Assembly: GCA_023382335.1 (NCBI GenBank)
Contig: JAMCPM010000006.1
Coordinates: forward strand, 70,372 to 134,371
Length of the DNA stretch: 64,000 bases
Origin: Actinomycetota bacterium
GTDB lineage: Bacteria > Actinomycetota > Thermoleophilia > BMS3ABIN01
Direction of reading: 5' to 3'
The notes under the pieces were generated by a model. That model saw only the letters and a list, made by a program, of their open reading frames with translations, did no database searches and had not been told where the DNA came from. Both the position numbers and the translations under genes were made by a program. Positions 63,781 to 64,000 of the stretch are shown in pieces; position 1 is the first letter of the stretch; every line of letters begins with the position of its first letter.

Positions 63781-63905
63781 CCGGGCCCTGCTAGCGGGCC
63801 CGGGTCAATCTCAGCCACCCGGCAGACAGCTCCCCAGCTGCCGCTGCCGGGTGGCTCAGGATGTAGCGCGGGCTAGCCGTCCCGCGCTACATCGCTACAT
63901 CAGTC
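63781..63905. repeat. three consecutive GC-rich perfect hairpins (REP-like / terminator cluster)
   Basis: Three hairpins: cccgggccc-tgctagc-gggcccggg; agccacccggcag...ctgccgggtggct; gatgtagcgcgg-gctagccgtc-ccgcgctacatc. Confidence 0.4.
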
Positions 63906-64000
63906 CTTGTCTCCCATAGGGGGGGGTGGAAGACAGGTGGCGTGCGCCGGTTCCTGAAGCGGACCCCGAGGTCTGGCCTTGTTCCTGGCCTTCGTCGTTC

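Overview
This 64 kb window is high-GC (about 60-65%) and densely packed with housekeeping genes. The gene order looks like a Gram-positive, Clostridia-like genome: der-plsY-gpsA, cmk-plsC-ispH...rpsA, polA...coaE, and a ResA/CcdA (system II) cytochrome c biogenesis operon; this lineage guess is an inference from synteny only.

Main contents, in order:
- DUF362 Fe-S protein (partial) with a small ferredoxin, then rsmI.
- A B12-binding radical SAM gene with an adjacent SAM methyltransferase, and a divergent DUF1015 gene.
- Two metal/cation transporters (CDF family and CaCA family).
- tRNA-Lys(CUU), followed by a ~3 kb AT-rich islet.
- An ArsR (SqrR/BigR-like) regulator upstream of a sulfide:quinone oxidoreductase gene that carries an N-terminal TlpA-like thioredoxin domain with an in-frame TGA.
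- A pentose-phosphate cluster: tkt, tal, an internally deleted gnd, zwf and rpiB.
- A cell-envelope and polysaccharide region: a GH26-like secreted hydrolase with tandem repeats, a MnaA/WecB-like epimerase fused to a GGDEF-like tail, and a deacetylase-GT2 fusion synthase.
- rpoD, then the lgt-ccdA-resA-TPR operon.
- A cluster of secreted and anchored surface proteins, including a 1131-aa FN3 protein.
- uvrA-uvrB, an SLT-domain gene, coaE, rpsA, polA, gpsA, plsY, der.
- An S8 protease, a DUF512 radical SAM gene, pirin, ispH, plsC, cmk, aroA, tyrA and a DAHP synthase.

The strongest candidate for something undescribed is the selenoprotein. The TGA sits exactly at the first Cys of the TlpA/ResA redox motif (FWKGQ-U-QGC-RREAP), a hairpin resembling a bacterial SECIS follows it, the domain is fused to a complete SQR-type flavoprotein, and a persulfide-sensor-like ArsR regulator lies immediately upstream.

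Other notable points:
- Two paralogous mini-ORFs encode an LPxTG-like motif, a transmembrane segment and a basic tail.
- The AT-rich islet sits at tRNA-Lys and has a 10-bp direct repeat of the tRNA 3' end at its far side.
- The B12 radical SAM gene has a conserved N-terminus upstream of any ATG, GTG or TTG.
- gnd carries an in-frame internal deletion.
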